Positions 38,945 to 51,667 of a DNA stretch of 64,000 bases are shown here, piece after piece; positions within the stretch are counted from its first letter, which is position 1; each line of letters starts with the position of its first letter. Source of the stretch: Sphyrna mokarran (taxonomy: Eukaryota). The stretch is taken from assembly GCA_024679065.1 (NCBI GenBank), contig JAGIQG010000003.1, positions 49,910,001-49,974,000 of the forward strand, read 5' to 3'. The notes under the pieces are model-generated. The model saw nothing but the letters and a program-made list of their open reading frames with translations. It did no database searches and was not told the origin of the DNA. The position numbers and the translations under genes were made by a program.

Positions 38945-39190
38945 AGAGGTGCCTTCCTTGGAGCCAGGTACTCTGGGTTCGAGTCCCACTCCAGAATTTG
39001 ATGGCCCAAAAAGTTGCATTTATTACATGGCCAAACAGATTGTGTGTGACAACCTGCAACTCCTGCCAACATGTCAATGACTGGTGGTAGGAGTGGGAAA
39101 AACCCCTGGTCAGCCATTGCTTGATGTGGAGTGGCGCTTCTCAAGCTAGAAGTCCCTGGTGATAGTCTAGCAACCTATTCTGGGAATTAT
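38945..39190 (+). mobile_element. Possible tRNA-derived SINE remnant (unclassified)
   Basis: Consensus B box 'ggttcgagtcc' near 38976, followed by a body unlike the V or Deu domains. Confidence 0.4.
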
Positions 39191-39279
39191 TAGCTATGGA
39201 AATGGACAAGGTCTGCTAATAATGCACTGCTATATTGAAATCCTGTCAGATGGGGTTGAGGAATGAAGAGGAGACCATT

Positions 39280-39840
39280 ATCTTGGATTTCACCTACCAC
39301 TGTTTCTGCAATGTTAGCCAAACAATTGTGTATCAATGGCTGCCATTTTTTTGGGCAACATTTTGTTAGCTTGTATGTGGTGTAAACATGGAGCATTGCA
39401 GTTTTTCTGAGGGGTAGGATTCTGAGGGTTTCAAGGAATCTGAGGTGAAACCTACATGACTACACCTGCCCTCTTCATCGTTGGCCAGATGCACAATTTG
39501 GTTTCTAAGCAGTAATACCACATTATATCATGCTTCCCCCCTTAGCATCTGGCACAATGCCTTCAATGTAGGAAACACAGCAGTTTCAGCACTCTTTCTA
39601 ACTAGAAAGCCCCCTGTAAATAATGACTATCCTCTATAGCTTTGGCTGATGGTGCTAACGTACTTCCCTAGGGCCTTCGTGAAGTAGCACTATGGCAAGG
39701 ACCATTCGTTCATATGAATCATCATTATATATAGGAGACAATTTGAAGGCATGCTAAGGGTGTCTGGACTGACCTGGAAAATGTCCTGCAGTATTGCCTG
39801 GCATGGTTTTTCACACGATGATGACATGCTGTACAAAGTT
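39280..39840 (+). pseudogene. Fossil PIF/Harbinger (HARBI1-like) DDE transposase fragment
   Basis: Ordered degenerate motifs across frames: FCNVSQTIVYQWL, VGF*GFQGI*GETYM (39414), SIWHNAF, DYPL*LWLMVL (39625), CLD*PG and VLQY (39761), MMTCC. They are collinear with the Harbinger motifs GISQS, AGFPxVxGxIDCTHV, GSxHDAF, GDxGYPLxxWLMTP, CLDxSGGxLQY and CCxLHN. Confidence 0.7.
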
Positions 39841-40074
39841 AAAAAGAGGCATACTTATTGGGATCTCAAAAGTTCTCTTTACTTCTAGATAAAGTCCATA
39901 AAAATGATGCAGAACCTTCATGTCTGAGAGTGTAAAAGAAAATGACCACATCTGCTTCTTTTGACTTATTAATTACTGTTTTGAAAAGTGACAGTATAAT
40001 GGTAGATACGAGTTCTAGATTAAAATTTCCTGCAGGAGCCAGTGTCACAGTGCTGGAATTTAACTCACTTGGAG

Positions 40075-40185
40075 TCCTCTCTCATTTCCTTCTCTATGAA
40101 CAGTATGTTATGTCTGTATAGTGCACAAACAAACAATATTTTTCATTGTGTATGTTAATACGTGTAACAATAAATCAAATTAAAT
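40075..40185 (+). mobile_element. LINE 3' tail, probably Rex1/Babar-type
   Basis: 'gtctgtatagtgcacaaacaaacaatatttttcattgtg...tgtaacaataaatcaaattaaat' ends in a short tandem tail. Family assignment from memory. Confidence 0.45.
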
Positions 40186-40341
40186 GATATTTAAACCTTC
40201 TGTTTTAGAACAAATTAGCAATCACTACATTATAAGTGCAAGCATTGGGTGTCCTCACCAGATTTTGCTGGCATCCTTTTGATGTTCTCATTGATAACTG
40301 AGTAATTAGTTATTGTGAATAGATAGGGCTGCACAAGTCTG

Positions 40342-40856
40342 AGGCAGAATCATCTGTTTATGGTATCTGTCTTGCGCATTGCCTGAGAAAACATCAACCC
40401 ACTTGTGCTGACTTCAGGAGGGTGGCCCATCATATCTTCTGCCCGTCAGGCAATTAAGAGGACAGTGGCTAACTGACTCCTGACTGAGGGTGCTGGATAG
40501 ACCTCCTGGCCATTTAAAAATGCCAACAGCCATTTCATTCAGCAGCAGCATGGAGGAGCTGCTGTTGGAACAACATGCCTGGAAACATCGGGGAAGGGGG
40601 AGTCATGGAGGGCAACAGCAAGAAAGAGTAGTGGGTGACTGTCAATGTCCAGCCCCTTGCCTCATATCGTTCACTAATTGGCAATGTATAGATCTGATGT
40701 GATGGTGGGCTATGAAGGTCAAGTATGGGCTTTCCCACCCGGAGCTTATCCAAAGACATCCTGCCTCCATCAGTATCATTCCTGATCCCAGCCTATCTAA
40801 TTTTCATGCCCACCTGTTTCCTACCCTGTCTCCAGTGGGAGCAGAAGATTCTGCCC
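40342..40856. mobile_element. Non-autonomous DNA transposon (Harbinger-like MITE)
   Basis: Termini 'aggcagaatcatctg' and 'cagaagattctgccc' are inverted repeats matching at 13 of 15 positions. GC-richer non-coding interior. Confidence 0.6.
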
Positions 40857-41428
40857 CGGCCACAACTAATGTGTAAGTTAATGCTTCAGTTGAAAACCAA
40901 TGTAAGTAGTTTTTGATGGACAATGATATCATGACCTTTTTGTCCTATGCTTGTAGTCCATTGCTGTATTGATAATCTACCTTGCGCTCGGTAGCACTGT
41001 ATGACAGTTTTTGTCTTATGCCACCATTGGTGAAAGTAAATATTGCAGCATTGTATACAATGAAAATGGTCGTCATGTGCATGGAATATGACATGGGAGC
41101 AGTGAATAGTCCTATTACAGCTAGCGTACTCAAATCTTGTAAGAGAAGTGGTGGTTTAACCATTGTAATGGACACTATTGGTGAAGTGCCTGGCCTAGTG
41201 GTGCACCGAGTGAAAAATAGCAGGGAAGAAACAGTAGGACATCAATAAAATTGCCAGGAAGTTCTTAAACGATCATCTGTCACTTAAATGCTACAGACAG
41301 TAGATCACAAGCAACAGTGCTGTATGATGTTAACATAATGAAATTTTTTTCAGATAGAAATAACTCAGAAAATTTGCCATCATTTTTACAGTTCTTGTAG
41401 CTGAAATATCTTCCCGTTTAATTTTCAG

Positions 41429-41547
41429 GCCCAAAAAAATGAGAGGGAATCAATCCGACAGAAGTTGGCATTGGGCAGTTTCTTCGATGATGGCCCAGGG
41501 ATATATACCAGCTGCAGCAAAAGTGGCAAGCCCAGCCTTTCTTCACG
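41429..41547 (+). CDS. SCHIP1: SCHIP1 shared exon [39 protein letters not shown](R), 119 nt, phase 0 to 2
   Basis: ttttcAG acceptor, CG|GTAAGT donor. Translation matches the conserved SCHIP1 sequence. The supplied ORF track shows only the wrong frame here. Confidence 0.97.
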
Positions 41548-42160
41548 GTAAGTGTTTTAGAAATGTGGATGATTTAATGGTGGTATGTTTGGATGGCAAT
41601 GAATCAATAATTTCACTTATTAATCTGATGTTCAAAAACTCACTTTGTAATTTTTCTACTCCAACTTCTGTGAACTCCATTCCTATCCCTTTCCATGATG
41701 CATCCTGAAGTAGAAAAGAATAGCACGTTGTTGAATTATTCTTACAGTGCTCTGTTAGTATTCTGTTAACAATGGGAATGAGCTTCATTGATTGCTGTAT
41801 TTACCCTAAAAACAAAATGATTGGCAAATGTTCATTCTTTTTATGATTGCCTAAATCATATTGATGGACATGTACCAAACAAAACAAGCAGAGTCTTACT
41901 TCAACAGGCATATTGGGGTCCTTCACAGTAAGATTCCCATTTTTCCATTCCATTAGGGTAGCTTCACTGTCCAGGACTAAACCTGTGGTTGACTATTATA
42001 CAGGCAGGGCAATCACGTACTGAACAGTCCAGGAAGCTCTACCCTTATGCAAGTCTGATCAAGATTCTTTTATTTCACTGCATTATCGCACCTATTACAT
42101 ATCAATATTTTTTTCTTGGGCCTGCATTACTGGCACTTTGATGGGAGTGACCATGGTTAA

Positions 42161-42534
42161 TTAAAGTTAAAGTTTGTAACTAAATTTATTGTTATTTTCC
42201 TTCAGTGAGATATGGTCTGTTTTTGTCACGTGGGTAAGGATAAATAAATAGCATCTTCAACAATATAACAATCCCTCCATTACAGCAATAATGTCAATCT
42301 TGATTATGTGCCCCAGTCCTGTATAACAACTTAAACCCACAACGTTCTGATACATGGAATAGTCCGACCATTGAGCGAGATGAACACTTCTATATAACCA
42401 AGGCTGACAGTATCACTTTATGGAGGGATTGTTGAAGATGCCGTTAATTTGTCCTTACCCATGACACAAAAAACAAACCATATGCCACTAAAGGAAAATA
42501 ACACACTAAATTTAGTCACACACTTCAACTTGAA
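42161..42534. repeat. Imperfect inverted repeat, arms about 115-120 bp, spacer about 140 bp
   Basis: 42161-42280 aligns to the reverse complement of 42420-42534, e.g. 'gttattttccttcagtg' / 'cactaaaggaaaataac' and 'gcatcttcaacaat' / 'attgttgaagatgc'. Confidence 0.85.
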
Positions 42535-44794
42535 AGCATGAAGAAAGTGAAAGGAAGAATCAGGAGGTAATAATTGCATGACTTTGGACTTGACTGTTTT
42601 TAAAATTCTGACATTACAGGAGAGAGGATAGTCTACAGGTGGGGATGAAGTCCCACTATATGAAATAACGAAAAAGGTAAGCTGTAGTATAAAGCAGTCC
42701 TGAGAGTTTTAATTTCAATAAATCTAAATACATAAGAAAAACAAGGGTGTGTAGGATTGTGCACTTGTGGGTTGGAAGAAACAAGAAAAAAATGTTTGGA
42801 AGACCATTGGCCACATTGATATTACTGGAACCAAGAGAGACCAGAAAGGTGAAGCACGGGTAATCCTTAGTCCATCTTTAGTCTGCAATTGTTATCCAGA
42901 CAATTATGCCTCTGGCTTAGATAATGGAAAAATAAGTTGGAATTCCTGTTTCATATTGCCAACCAAAGACCTTAGCCCCAATTTTAACTGAGGGCCAATT
43001 TTCAGTAGGTGTGTTTCGTTGTCAGTGCAAAACTCTCCTGCTCCAGAGAAAAAATTCCATCGTTCTAAACCTAACTTAAATACCTTCCTTTGACTTCCCA
43101 CCTGGTTTGGGCAGGGGGCTGTGACCCTTGAGGGTCACTCTTGAATTCATGGGTCTCAGAGGATGCAAATCCACGGGATCAGCTGATGAACTAATTCATA
43201 CGATTGTGGAAGTGAAATTTCAGAAGGAGGCACCATTCATTTTCCTATTAGACCAGGTAATGTGTGCCTACCTCTCCCACAGGGAATTAACAAATTAAAA
43301 CTTAACTAACTTTAGCTTCTTTTGATGCCGGGCTAGCTAGAAGAATATTCATTTGCTAAGGAGGCCCAAAGTGATTCATGCTCGTTAGAGCAGGTAAAAA
43401 TCGTAACTTGTAAACATCTTGGTGGCACCAGTGTGGCCTAAGGGATTTTAACTGCCACCCGCTTAATTTCCATGAGGATTAACCATTTCCCATTCCCCTG
43501 CCTCCTTTTTATCTTGAAAAATTAATGGGTCTGGCTAATGAGAACAGTAGTTGGCTTGATTGTTAAACAACTGACCCTCAATTCTCAACTCTCAGACATA
43601 AAGCCCATTTATCTGGTCAAAGTGCCAGGGGATTGATCACATTTTACAGTCATATTCCTGAAACAGTTGGCTTTTCAGGGCAGACATCTCTGGATAACGG
43701 CTTTATTTTCCCGTAACCGATCAACCTTTCTTTCCATAATTATGATTGTGAAAAGTCAGAATCTGGAAGAGGGAGTTAAATGTTACAGAAGTAAAAATAA
43801 GCCATTTCCATGATTGAGGGTATAAAATCAAAGCTTAATTTTGGGTCAAATAGGACAGTGCAGTAGCAGATAGCCTGGTTCAGACTAAAATGATGAGCAG
43901 GTAAAGGGATGGTCCTGAGACGATGGTACAAAGGTGGAAAGTATAGGCTATTCAATCAAAAAACATGTCCCAATTTCCTGGTTCAAATCTCAGTCCATGA
44001 AGCACTGGGAGTTATTGGATTCTCCATTACATTTATGAGTGAAATTGTAAATATGTGGCAGGTGTTTCACATCACCTTCCCCAACATCTTTCTCAAAATT
44101 GCAAGCATTCTTCATCTTTCATAACCATCACTTCCTTCTCTGTTCAATCTTTGTAATAAATAATAATTCCATTGTTACTCTGTTATTGTCTCTTATTACT
44201 TTGTCTAAATAGAAATATAAGCTGCATTTATTTTCAATAGCCACGTTGTTGATTCAGTCTGATACATGTAATCAAATGCTCTCTATTGCCAAATACCTTG
44301 ACAAAAAAGCTTGTGCAGAAAAACAATAGCTTGGTTGCACATTGTCTCAAAGTTCCTCAGATGAAAGCACCACCTCTTTACATTTTAATGACACTTGTTG
44401 TTTGGTCAACGTAGCGCATGTTATTTATAGCATTTATCTCTAATGCCCTCTGAGTGACATTGTAACTGCAAGAATTATACCATTGTAGTACCATAGAGTT
44501 TTATATGATTTTTAAAATTCCAACATTTTGGAGCCAATAAGCATGAAAGCATCAGGTACTTAATACCTGACATTATCTGCTTTCTGGGAAATAAATATAT
44601 CATGGACCTATTAAAGGTGTACTGGGCTTTTGTAAAGAAAGAAAATAGCAGTCACCTATCTGCAGCTTAGAATTCAGGTTGGTGGCTTGCTTCATTTTCT
44701 TCCACCAGCAATATGTTGTTCAATTCAGATAACATCGCGATTTTCAACGTCCATTTTTATTTTAAGTAGTTTCTAGGAGCAGCATTTTGGTTTT

Positions 44795-44928
44795 CTGAAA
44801 GACGTGCTGGTCAGGTTCATTGACCTGAACAGGTGCCGGAGTGTGGCGACTAGGGGAATTTCACAGTAACTTTATTAGAGTGTTAATGTAACCCTTAGTT
44901 GTTACTAACGAACTCTACTTTCACTTTA
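44795..44928 (+). mobile_element. 5'-truncated V-SINE, type B tail
   Basis: 'ctgaaagacgtgctggtcagg...gaacaggtgccggagtgtggcgactaggggaatttcacagtaactttattagagtgttaatgtaa'. Confidence 0.75.
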
Positions 44929-44940
44929 TGTAAAGATTAT

Positions 44941-45061
44941 GGGTGGGATTCACTGGGCGTGCTCACCTGAAAACAAGAGAATCCTGCCTGAGATCAGTGG
45001 ACCTTTGCCTCCACTCCCCAGCTACAATTCCCCTGATGGGTGGGGCAGGAGAATTCCACCC
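44941..45061. mobile_element. About 120 bp MITE with GGG..CCC termini
   Basis: 'gggtgggattc' at the left end and 'gaattccaccc' at the right end form an imperfect TIR. Confidence 0.6.
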
Positions 45062-46914
45062 TGTAATTTTTCATGGAAACCTCTGACCCCAAGGAACACA
45101 GTTTGATCGTGGAAATTAATAGTCAAGACAATAGTCAGCCAAATATTCATGAAGCTTTCAGAGTTGGAGGGTTCAGAAGTCAATTGCAGCTAGATGAGAA
45201 TTTTTAGCACGAACTGGAAAATGTGCAAGAACAGTCCTCTGTGTCAATCCAGGTATTAGCACAAAACCATTTGATGGCATTGTAAGCAGTGAAAATAATT
45301 ATATTCTTGTGTATGTTTTCATTTTGATGCAAACTGAAAGCTATGTAGATTGTCTTTTTTGCTGACTCTACTATCCTGTCATGATTGAGAGCCAAATATA
45401 TTCTTTGTAGTTATACTTCCCACTGCTTATTCTCTTTCTTGGAGAACACTAACTATATTCTTGATTCACCATTGTCGTGGTGGAAAAGCTGAAATTGATC
45501 TCCTACTATTATCACTATGAAGTTCATAGAGTTGGTGAAGGTAGTTCAAAAATGTATATATGACCTTTCAAAAGCAGTTTAATTAAGTACTTCATAAACT
45601 CAGTTGGAAAAAGTTGTAGACTTTGGCCTCATAGGATGAATAGCTGTGTTTTGTGCTGTACTGTTCTGTGTTTTTATTGCAGTTTGAAATAGACAGAGAA
45701 AGCAACATGTTGGCTTGGTTTTGAGATTGTAATGATGGTGAAACTTTCAGCATTTGCTGTCATTATTCTTTGAAACTAAAATGAACTTTTGGCATATGCA
45801 CATAGATAAAGGTGAAAATCTGGAAGTTGCTGTCAGAGATCCCCACTCACTCAAACTGTTGAAGTCTTTGCTGTTAAAAATCAATTAGAAATCACTGATC
45901 TGGGCTCTCGCATTTTTAATTGAAAAAGTTGAATCTTGTTGAATAAGGTGGAAATGGATTTTTAATGTTGTACAGCTAAAGATATTGGTAACATCTCTGG
46001 CCAAAAAAAAAAGCTGAAATTTTCCGGCTGTTCTCTCCGTCAGGATATTTTGATCCAGCCATCTGAGGTTCCCTGGCAGGGGAGGGCGCAACCAATGAGA
46101 AAACCCATTGACGTTGGTGGGGCCAAAAGATCCCAGCACGGCCAATTGCCACTGCTTCCTCCACAACAAACGCACTCTGACGAGAGGGGGTGCAAAAATC
46201 CCATTCTACATTATATTTGTGGAATGTTAGATTTCTCCAGTCAGTGATAACAACATTTCTACAGGTTTCTAAAATGTTTTAGTTTAGTTTATAATATTTT
46301 AGCTTCTATTTAGTTTCCTGTGTATGTTCCAATTTTTATTTTTTCTATATAATTCTTTATCTTTTTATAAAATCCTAAGTAGTGAATGATAGAAACTTCT
46401 TGTAACTTCCTGGTTTGCTTCTGAAAATTCTTCAATGTGATTGGCTACTTAGCTTGCTTGATGACATCACTGGTGCTGGACATTGGCGATCACTGTTACA
46501 ATCAGGTGAGGGACCATGTAAAGTTGACAAGATTTGGATTTTTGTTACCCATTCAGAATAAAACCACAAGATTCCAGTTTTAAATCAATAAAAAGAAAAC
46601 TCTTGCATTGAAAATTAACGAGGTAAATGTAAGTTAACTGGCAAATTGTGATCGAATGTACCACACTGCATGTTAAATGACAGATGAGACCAGGTCAGAT
46701 TCCATGGATTTCTTAGCAACCCATCCAGATATTAATAATCAAATATCTCAATAAAACTGAACAGCGTGACCCACTGTTAAAAGCTGATTGTTGTTGGAGG
46801 TGCTCCCTCCCTCTTTCATTCTGAGCATTGAGCAGGTTACTTTTCAGGTTTCTCCACACCCTGGAATGCCTCCTGCCAGTCTGAAATTTGAGACTAAGTG
46901 GAAAACTGCCCTTA

Positions 46915-47690
46915 AGTGGTAAATAATTGAAGTTTACCATCGACCAGAAATTGAATTGTACCAACCATATAAACTGTGGCTGCAAAATAGGTCAGAGGTT
47001 AGAAATCCTGTGATGAATAACTCATCTCCTGACTCCTCAAAGCATGTCCATAATCTACAGGGTATATGTCACCGATGTGATGGAACACCTATTGTCCACT
47101 TGTCCGGATGAGTGCAGCTCCAACAACACCTGACAGGCTCAAAGCCTTCCAGCGCAAACCATTAGCACTCCATCCACAAAAAAACATTGATGCACATTGG
47201 CAGCAGCCTGTACCATTTACAAGATGCACTGCAGACACACTCTGAGGTTCCTTAGACAGTGCCTTTCAAACACACAACAATACCATATAGAAGGATAAGG
47301 ACAGCAGATATATGGGAACACCATCACTTTCCTCTCTAAGCCACTCACCAGCCTGACTTGCAAATATTGCAGGGTTTCTTCATTGTTGATGGATCAAGAT
47401 CTTAGAACTCCCTCTCTATAACAACATTTTGATATACCTACACCAAGTGGCAGCATTTTAAGAAGGCAGCTTACCACTAATTAATGTCTTAAGAGCAATT
47501 ACCCAGAAGGAAAAACAGTTTGGATTAGAATTCTTATTTCCCCATTTTATTTGTGTTCCATTCTAAAATAGACAAGACCAATTCAGACTAGTGTTCAGTT
47601 CCTCGTTTTACTGTTCTCCCCATCTGGATAAGGGTAACAAATGCAGTCTAGCCACCAATGTTCACATTCCATGAATGAATTTTAAAAAGC
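46915..47690 (+). mobile_element. L2/CR1-group LINE 3' part (same family as 25845-28486)
   Basis: 'ttgaagtttaccatcgaccagaaattgaattgtaccaaccatataaa...ggatgagtgcagctccaacaaca', tail 'ctagccaccaatgttcacattccatgaatgaatt'. Confidence 0.8.
47502..47628. mobile_element. About 127 bp MITE with TA flanks, inserted in the LINE tail
   Basis: 'TA|cccagaaggaaaaacag ... ctgttctccccatctgga|TA' has imperfect TIRs. Removing it rejoins the LINE tail 'aagagcaatta/agggtaacaaatgc'. Confidence 0.55.
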
Positions 47691-49284
47691 TCAGGACCCT
47701 TGTGGTGAGGCAAGAGCAGACATATCGCTTAAGGCCTCTATCCTGAGTAAAATTGCCAAGATATCGGAAAGGGCAGGAGCTTGGAGGGAAAGCCATCAAA
47801 ATATTTTACAGTCAACACCCTCACACAAACACGCCCCCAATCTGGGGAACATAAAATACTGACCTTTATTTGGTAGGAAGTTCTTCCCTGTAAATTATAA
47901 CCACATTCTCTCATCAAGTATGGTTATAGACAAATGATCATTCTTTTTTCAATAAATTCCTCCTTAAGTAAAATGGTAGAATATCATTAAGAGAATATTT
48001 TATTTAAAGATTTAAATTTAGATTTACTGCTCAAAGTAGAAAATATCTCTTGCGTTTCTTAACTGTTCACTATGACCACTAACTACCCAATGGAACATTT
48101 GGCCCTTAATAGAAAACATTATTTAGATAAATTATGTAGTCTAAGATCTTGAATTATTTGGTGCATGACTGTGTGTAATTATCTTGAACTGTCATTAAAA
48201 GCATCATAAATATATTGATTTAATACCAGTTACTGCAACTCCATACAGCCCGAATCAGCAGTTTCTTTTTGCCAGTTCCTTAAACCATATTTTACAACTC
48301 AGCTAGAATAGAATAATGTCTTTAATATCTTCATTGGTGCAATTTTTCTGTTTTCATGTGCAAAGCAGAGCAAACATCTATCAGCATGAGGCATAAAACA
48401 TCAAAATAAAGACAGACTGAATGTTGATTACGATGTTTGCTATATGAGTAGTTGTAAAATGGTCCAGACAGACATCATAGAAATTTATATAGAGAGCACA
48501 TGAAATACTTCAACTTATCTTTTTGAGAGAAAAATTTTTACTACATGATTATTCTTTGCATTTCCATATTTGTACGCTGAAGACTAATCCACACAAGCAT
48601 TCCAAAGTTATAATCTGTTTTTATGGTCTCATTTCATGGTAAGAGTCATTAATGTCAAACATCTATTTGGTATACAAACACTACAATGTCAAATTAATGC
48701 CAGAAATTTGGGTTATGACATTAAAGTTACAGATCTTTAATGTGTGTCAATAAATGACACATCTTTCTATCAGCCATTAGTCTTCACATACCTCACATGT
48801 ATCCAGATTGCAGATAGTGTCAACTTTTATTAAAATAACAGTCGTTGGCTGGAATGCTCTGGCAGTTTGTGCCAGTGGGATCTTCTCTTTCTGCCGATGG
48901 CACACCTCTGCCATGGGACTTTGTGCATTTCCTCAGTAACAGTGGGAACTGAAGTGCATTGAGTTCTCAATGAGAGATTAGTTAAAGCCACACAATATAT
49001 CATGTGACCTTTCCATTATTCTAACCACTCACGTTTGCTTTGCGAGTGATGGGTGAATCTGTACACATAGTGTGATCCACAGTGTGTATGTCACCGCTTG
49101 ATTATAAGAGCACATTTCAACTCCAATTAGTAACCAGCAAAGAGCCATTTTGTGAGGACAAAATAATGTTGTTGGCCAATGTTCCCAGTTTCTAACTTGG
49201 CAAATTATTACAGAAATTAAAGGTAATGAGTATTTTCAGATCTTTATTTTGAAATGGTTTTTGTTTAGTCAAAGCATTGGAATT

Positions 49285-49655
49285 TAATCAAAAGGTTGTA
49301 TATTCAAGCTACGCTCCATATTGAGTAAGGAGTTTCTGAGCAATATTGGAGTGCTGTTTTGCTGATGGTGCCGTGTTTCAGATGAGATCTTGGATTCAGA
49401 TTCTATCTGCCTCTGCAAGCATATGTTATAAAAGAATAAATTCCAAATCTCTATTTGAAAAACAATATGGAGTTACTTATTCTACTGGCCAATCAGCCAA
49501 CCCAGCCATGAAACAGATAATCAAGTCATACATTAATTTGCTAGAACCTTGTATATAGATTTGACTGCTGCAATTGTCGACATGTTGACGTTGACTGTAC
49601 AAGTTGCACCATTGTTTGTGAAGTGGTTTAGAATATCTGAACGAAATGATGTGTT
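49285..49655 (+). mobile_element. Old Deu-domain SINE
   Basis: 'ggagtgctgttttgctgatggtgccgtgtttcagatgagat...ctatttgaaaaacaatatggagtt...ctggccaat' is a degenerate Deu domain. Confidence 0.6.
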
Positions 49656-51614
49656 TTCATTCTTTTTCTGTCTGTCATCTTGCTGTCTCTCTCACTGTGT
49701 GTTGGGCAATTTTACGGGGAAAGTGATTTAGGCAATCATGGGACCATTCACTTGCAGCACAAAACAAGTTACTAATGGTGTATCTTGTCTGCTGCTGTTA
49801 ATGGCTGTTGACACTGCTGTCTGTCAGAATAGCTCCTCCTTCCGAATATTGTTGGCGTTTTCAAGGAACGGACGCAGGATTTGTATTTTTTTCCAGTGAG
49901 ACTCGTGTTTATGGATTAACCAGTTTCTCAGCCCCTAGTGTTTATACCTGCAACACCATAGAAAGAACTCTGCATAACAGAATGGATGATAAAACCAGTA
50001 ATTCCCAACTCTGCATTGCTTACATTTGTCTGAGGTCAGGAAAACTAAGATCTTCCAGTCCAGCAGTGGGTTCCCATTGAGTTGGACTGATGAGCTACGC
50101 AAAATTCCTTAGAGTTAAGCGAGACTGAAAAATCCCACCAACAGCCAATGATGAGCTCTCTCTGCTATCAGAAAATGTGGCAGCAGGCAGGGTGTGGAAA
50201 ATCCTGCCCAAAAATATTTAATTGCTTGAAGACTTAATTAAGATAAGTAAATACAAGCTGAGCACACAAGTCTTCCTTTGCTACTTCTCCCACTCATGAG
50301 AAAGAACTAAAATTGTGGGATATAAATTGATTACGGAATTCAAGTTAACAAGTTGGTTCCAAAGAACATATATTTCATTTCCAACTAAATAACTTTGAAT
50401 GGAATTAATGCCAGCTTGATTTTGAGAAAGTGGAAATAATCAAACTCTACCAGTCGATTCAGCCAACCGAGTGCAGTGTTCCAAAACTCGATCAAGGCAA
50501 TTTAAACTCTCTCAGATGACAGGAACAAGGGTGAGTAAATATGAGAAGCGTATCTCCAACATGACCAATTGCAGTTTTAATGGAGCCACATTGGGGGTGC
50601 GAGCAATTTAATCTGCTGTCAGAAGGCAGGTTCTTAATTTAAATATCTTGATGAGGCTACATGACCTAATTCCTGGCTGTTTTTAATATTTAATGCCTGC
50701 TGACACTGTTACCCAGGACTGGGGAAAGGAGCAAAACCAGATCCAGGTGAAGGTGAAAGTCTTGACAACTTTGCTGGAGGCCAAATATTCCCCCCAGTAT
50801 CCAATCAGAAACCTGCTATCTGGACTTCTCTGCCTGCTCCCCCAAGTAGTCAGAGTCCTACAATCCCTCCACAGTTATGCTCCATCCCTAGTTTTTTTTC
50901 TCTGCACCAACCCTGTCCTTCCCCACTGTACTCATGACACAACCTGAAGGAAACTTTTACTTCCAGGTTTCCTAGAATGGCCCACTCCCCTCCCGCCCAC
51001 CTCCCTAGAAATCTCAGGGCCCGTAGTATACGAGATAAATTGTCAGCATCCTGCCTAGGTGAATAGCTCATATTGCAGATCTGGCACCTTTTGTGGCAAT
51101 TGCCTAGTTTTCATTTACTTTGATATCAGAGAGTTAAGGGTTAATAATCAAGTTCCAACAGACTGTATATCCGTATTTCATGGAAATAGTATTTTCAGGA
51201 AATAAGTGACTGAAGAGGCATTGTTCATGAGTGATTAAGGTATGGCTTTAGTGACATTGTAATAAACTTTGGCAGAAGGTCAATTAGCAGTAGTCCAGAA
51301 GAGATGTTTAGGAAGATAAGTTGTTAATAAAATTATTCCTCAAAGGATTAAAGAAAGGTCAATAAGTTTAGCTTGCAGAAAGTAAACAACTTTGAAGTAA
51401 ACAACCAGTACTGTGTATAGACTGTTTTCAAAGGATTTAAGAATTGATGAAACATGAGGTCATGTACCTTTTGATGTAGGAAAACTAAGGTGCATTATGA
51501 CACATGCTTTCCAACTGTTAGAGAGCTCAGAATACTTTGTATGTTATGGATTAATCAATTGTGCTGTTTTTAAATGTCTGTTTTATCAATTGTCCTGTGC
51601 TTGCCTAAAGTGGG

Positions 51615-51657
51615 TTTTGAACCATAGATCAAACAGGACTTGATCTATGGTTCAAAA
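51615..51657. repeat. Perfect 18-bp inverted repeat with 7-nt loop
   Basis: ttttgaaccatagatcaa-acaggac-ttgatctatggttcaaaa. Confidence 0.95.
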
Positions 51658-51667
51658 GCTGCTTTAA

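Noticed and set aside
40945-41248. Overlapping protein-like ORFs on both strands just upstream of the SCHIP1 exon
   Set aside because: Non-ATG starts, no recognisable motif and no convincing splice sites.
41439-41708. 89-aa [13 protein letters not shown]...
   Set aside because: Wrong-frame read of the SCHIP1 exon 41429-41547 running into the intron.
46543-47639. TGTTACCC...GGGTAACA inverted termini suggesting an LTR
   Set aside because: The right-hand motif is part of the LINE 3' tail ('gggtaacaaatgc', equivalent to 'gggcaataaatgc'), so the pairing is coincidental.
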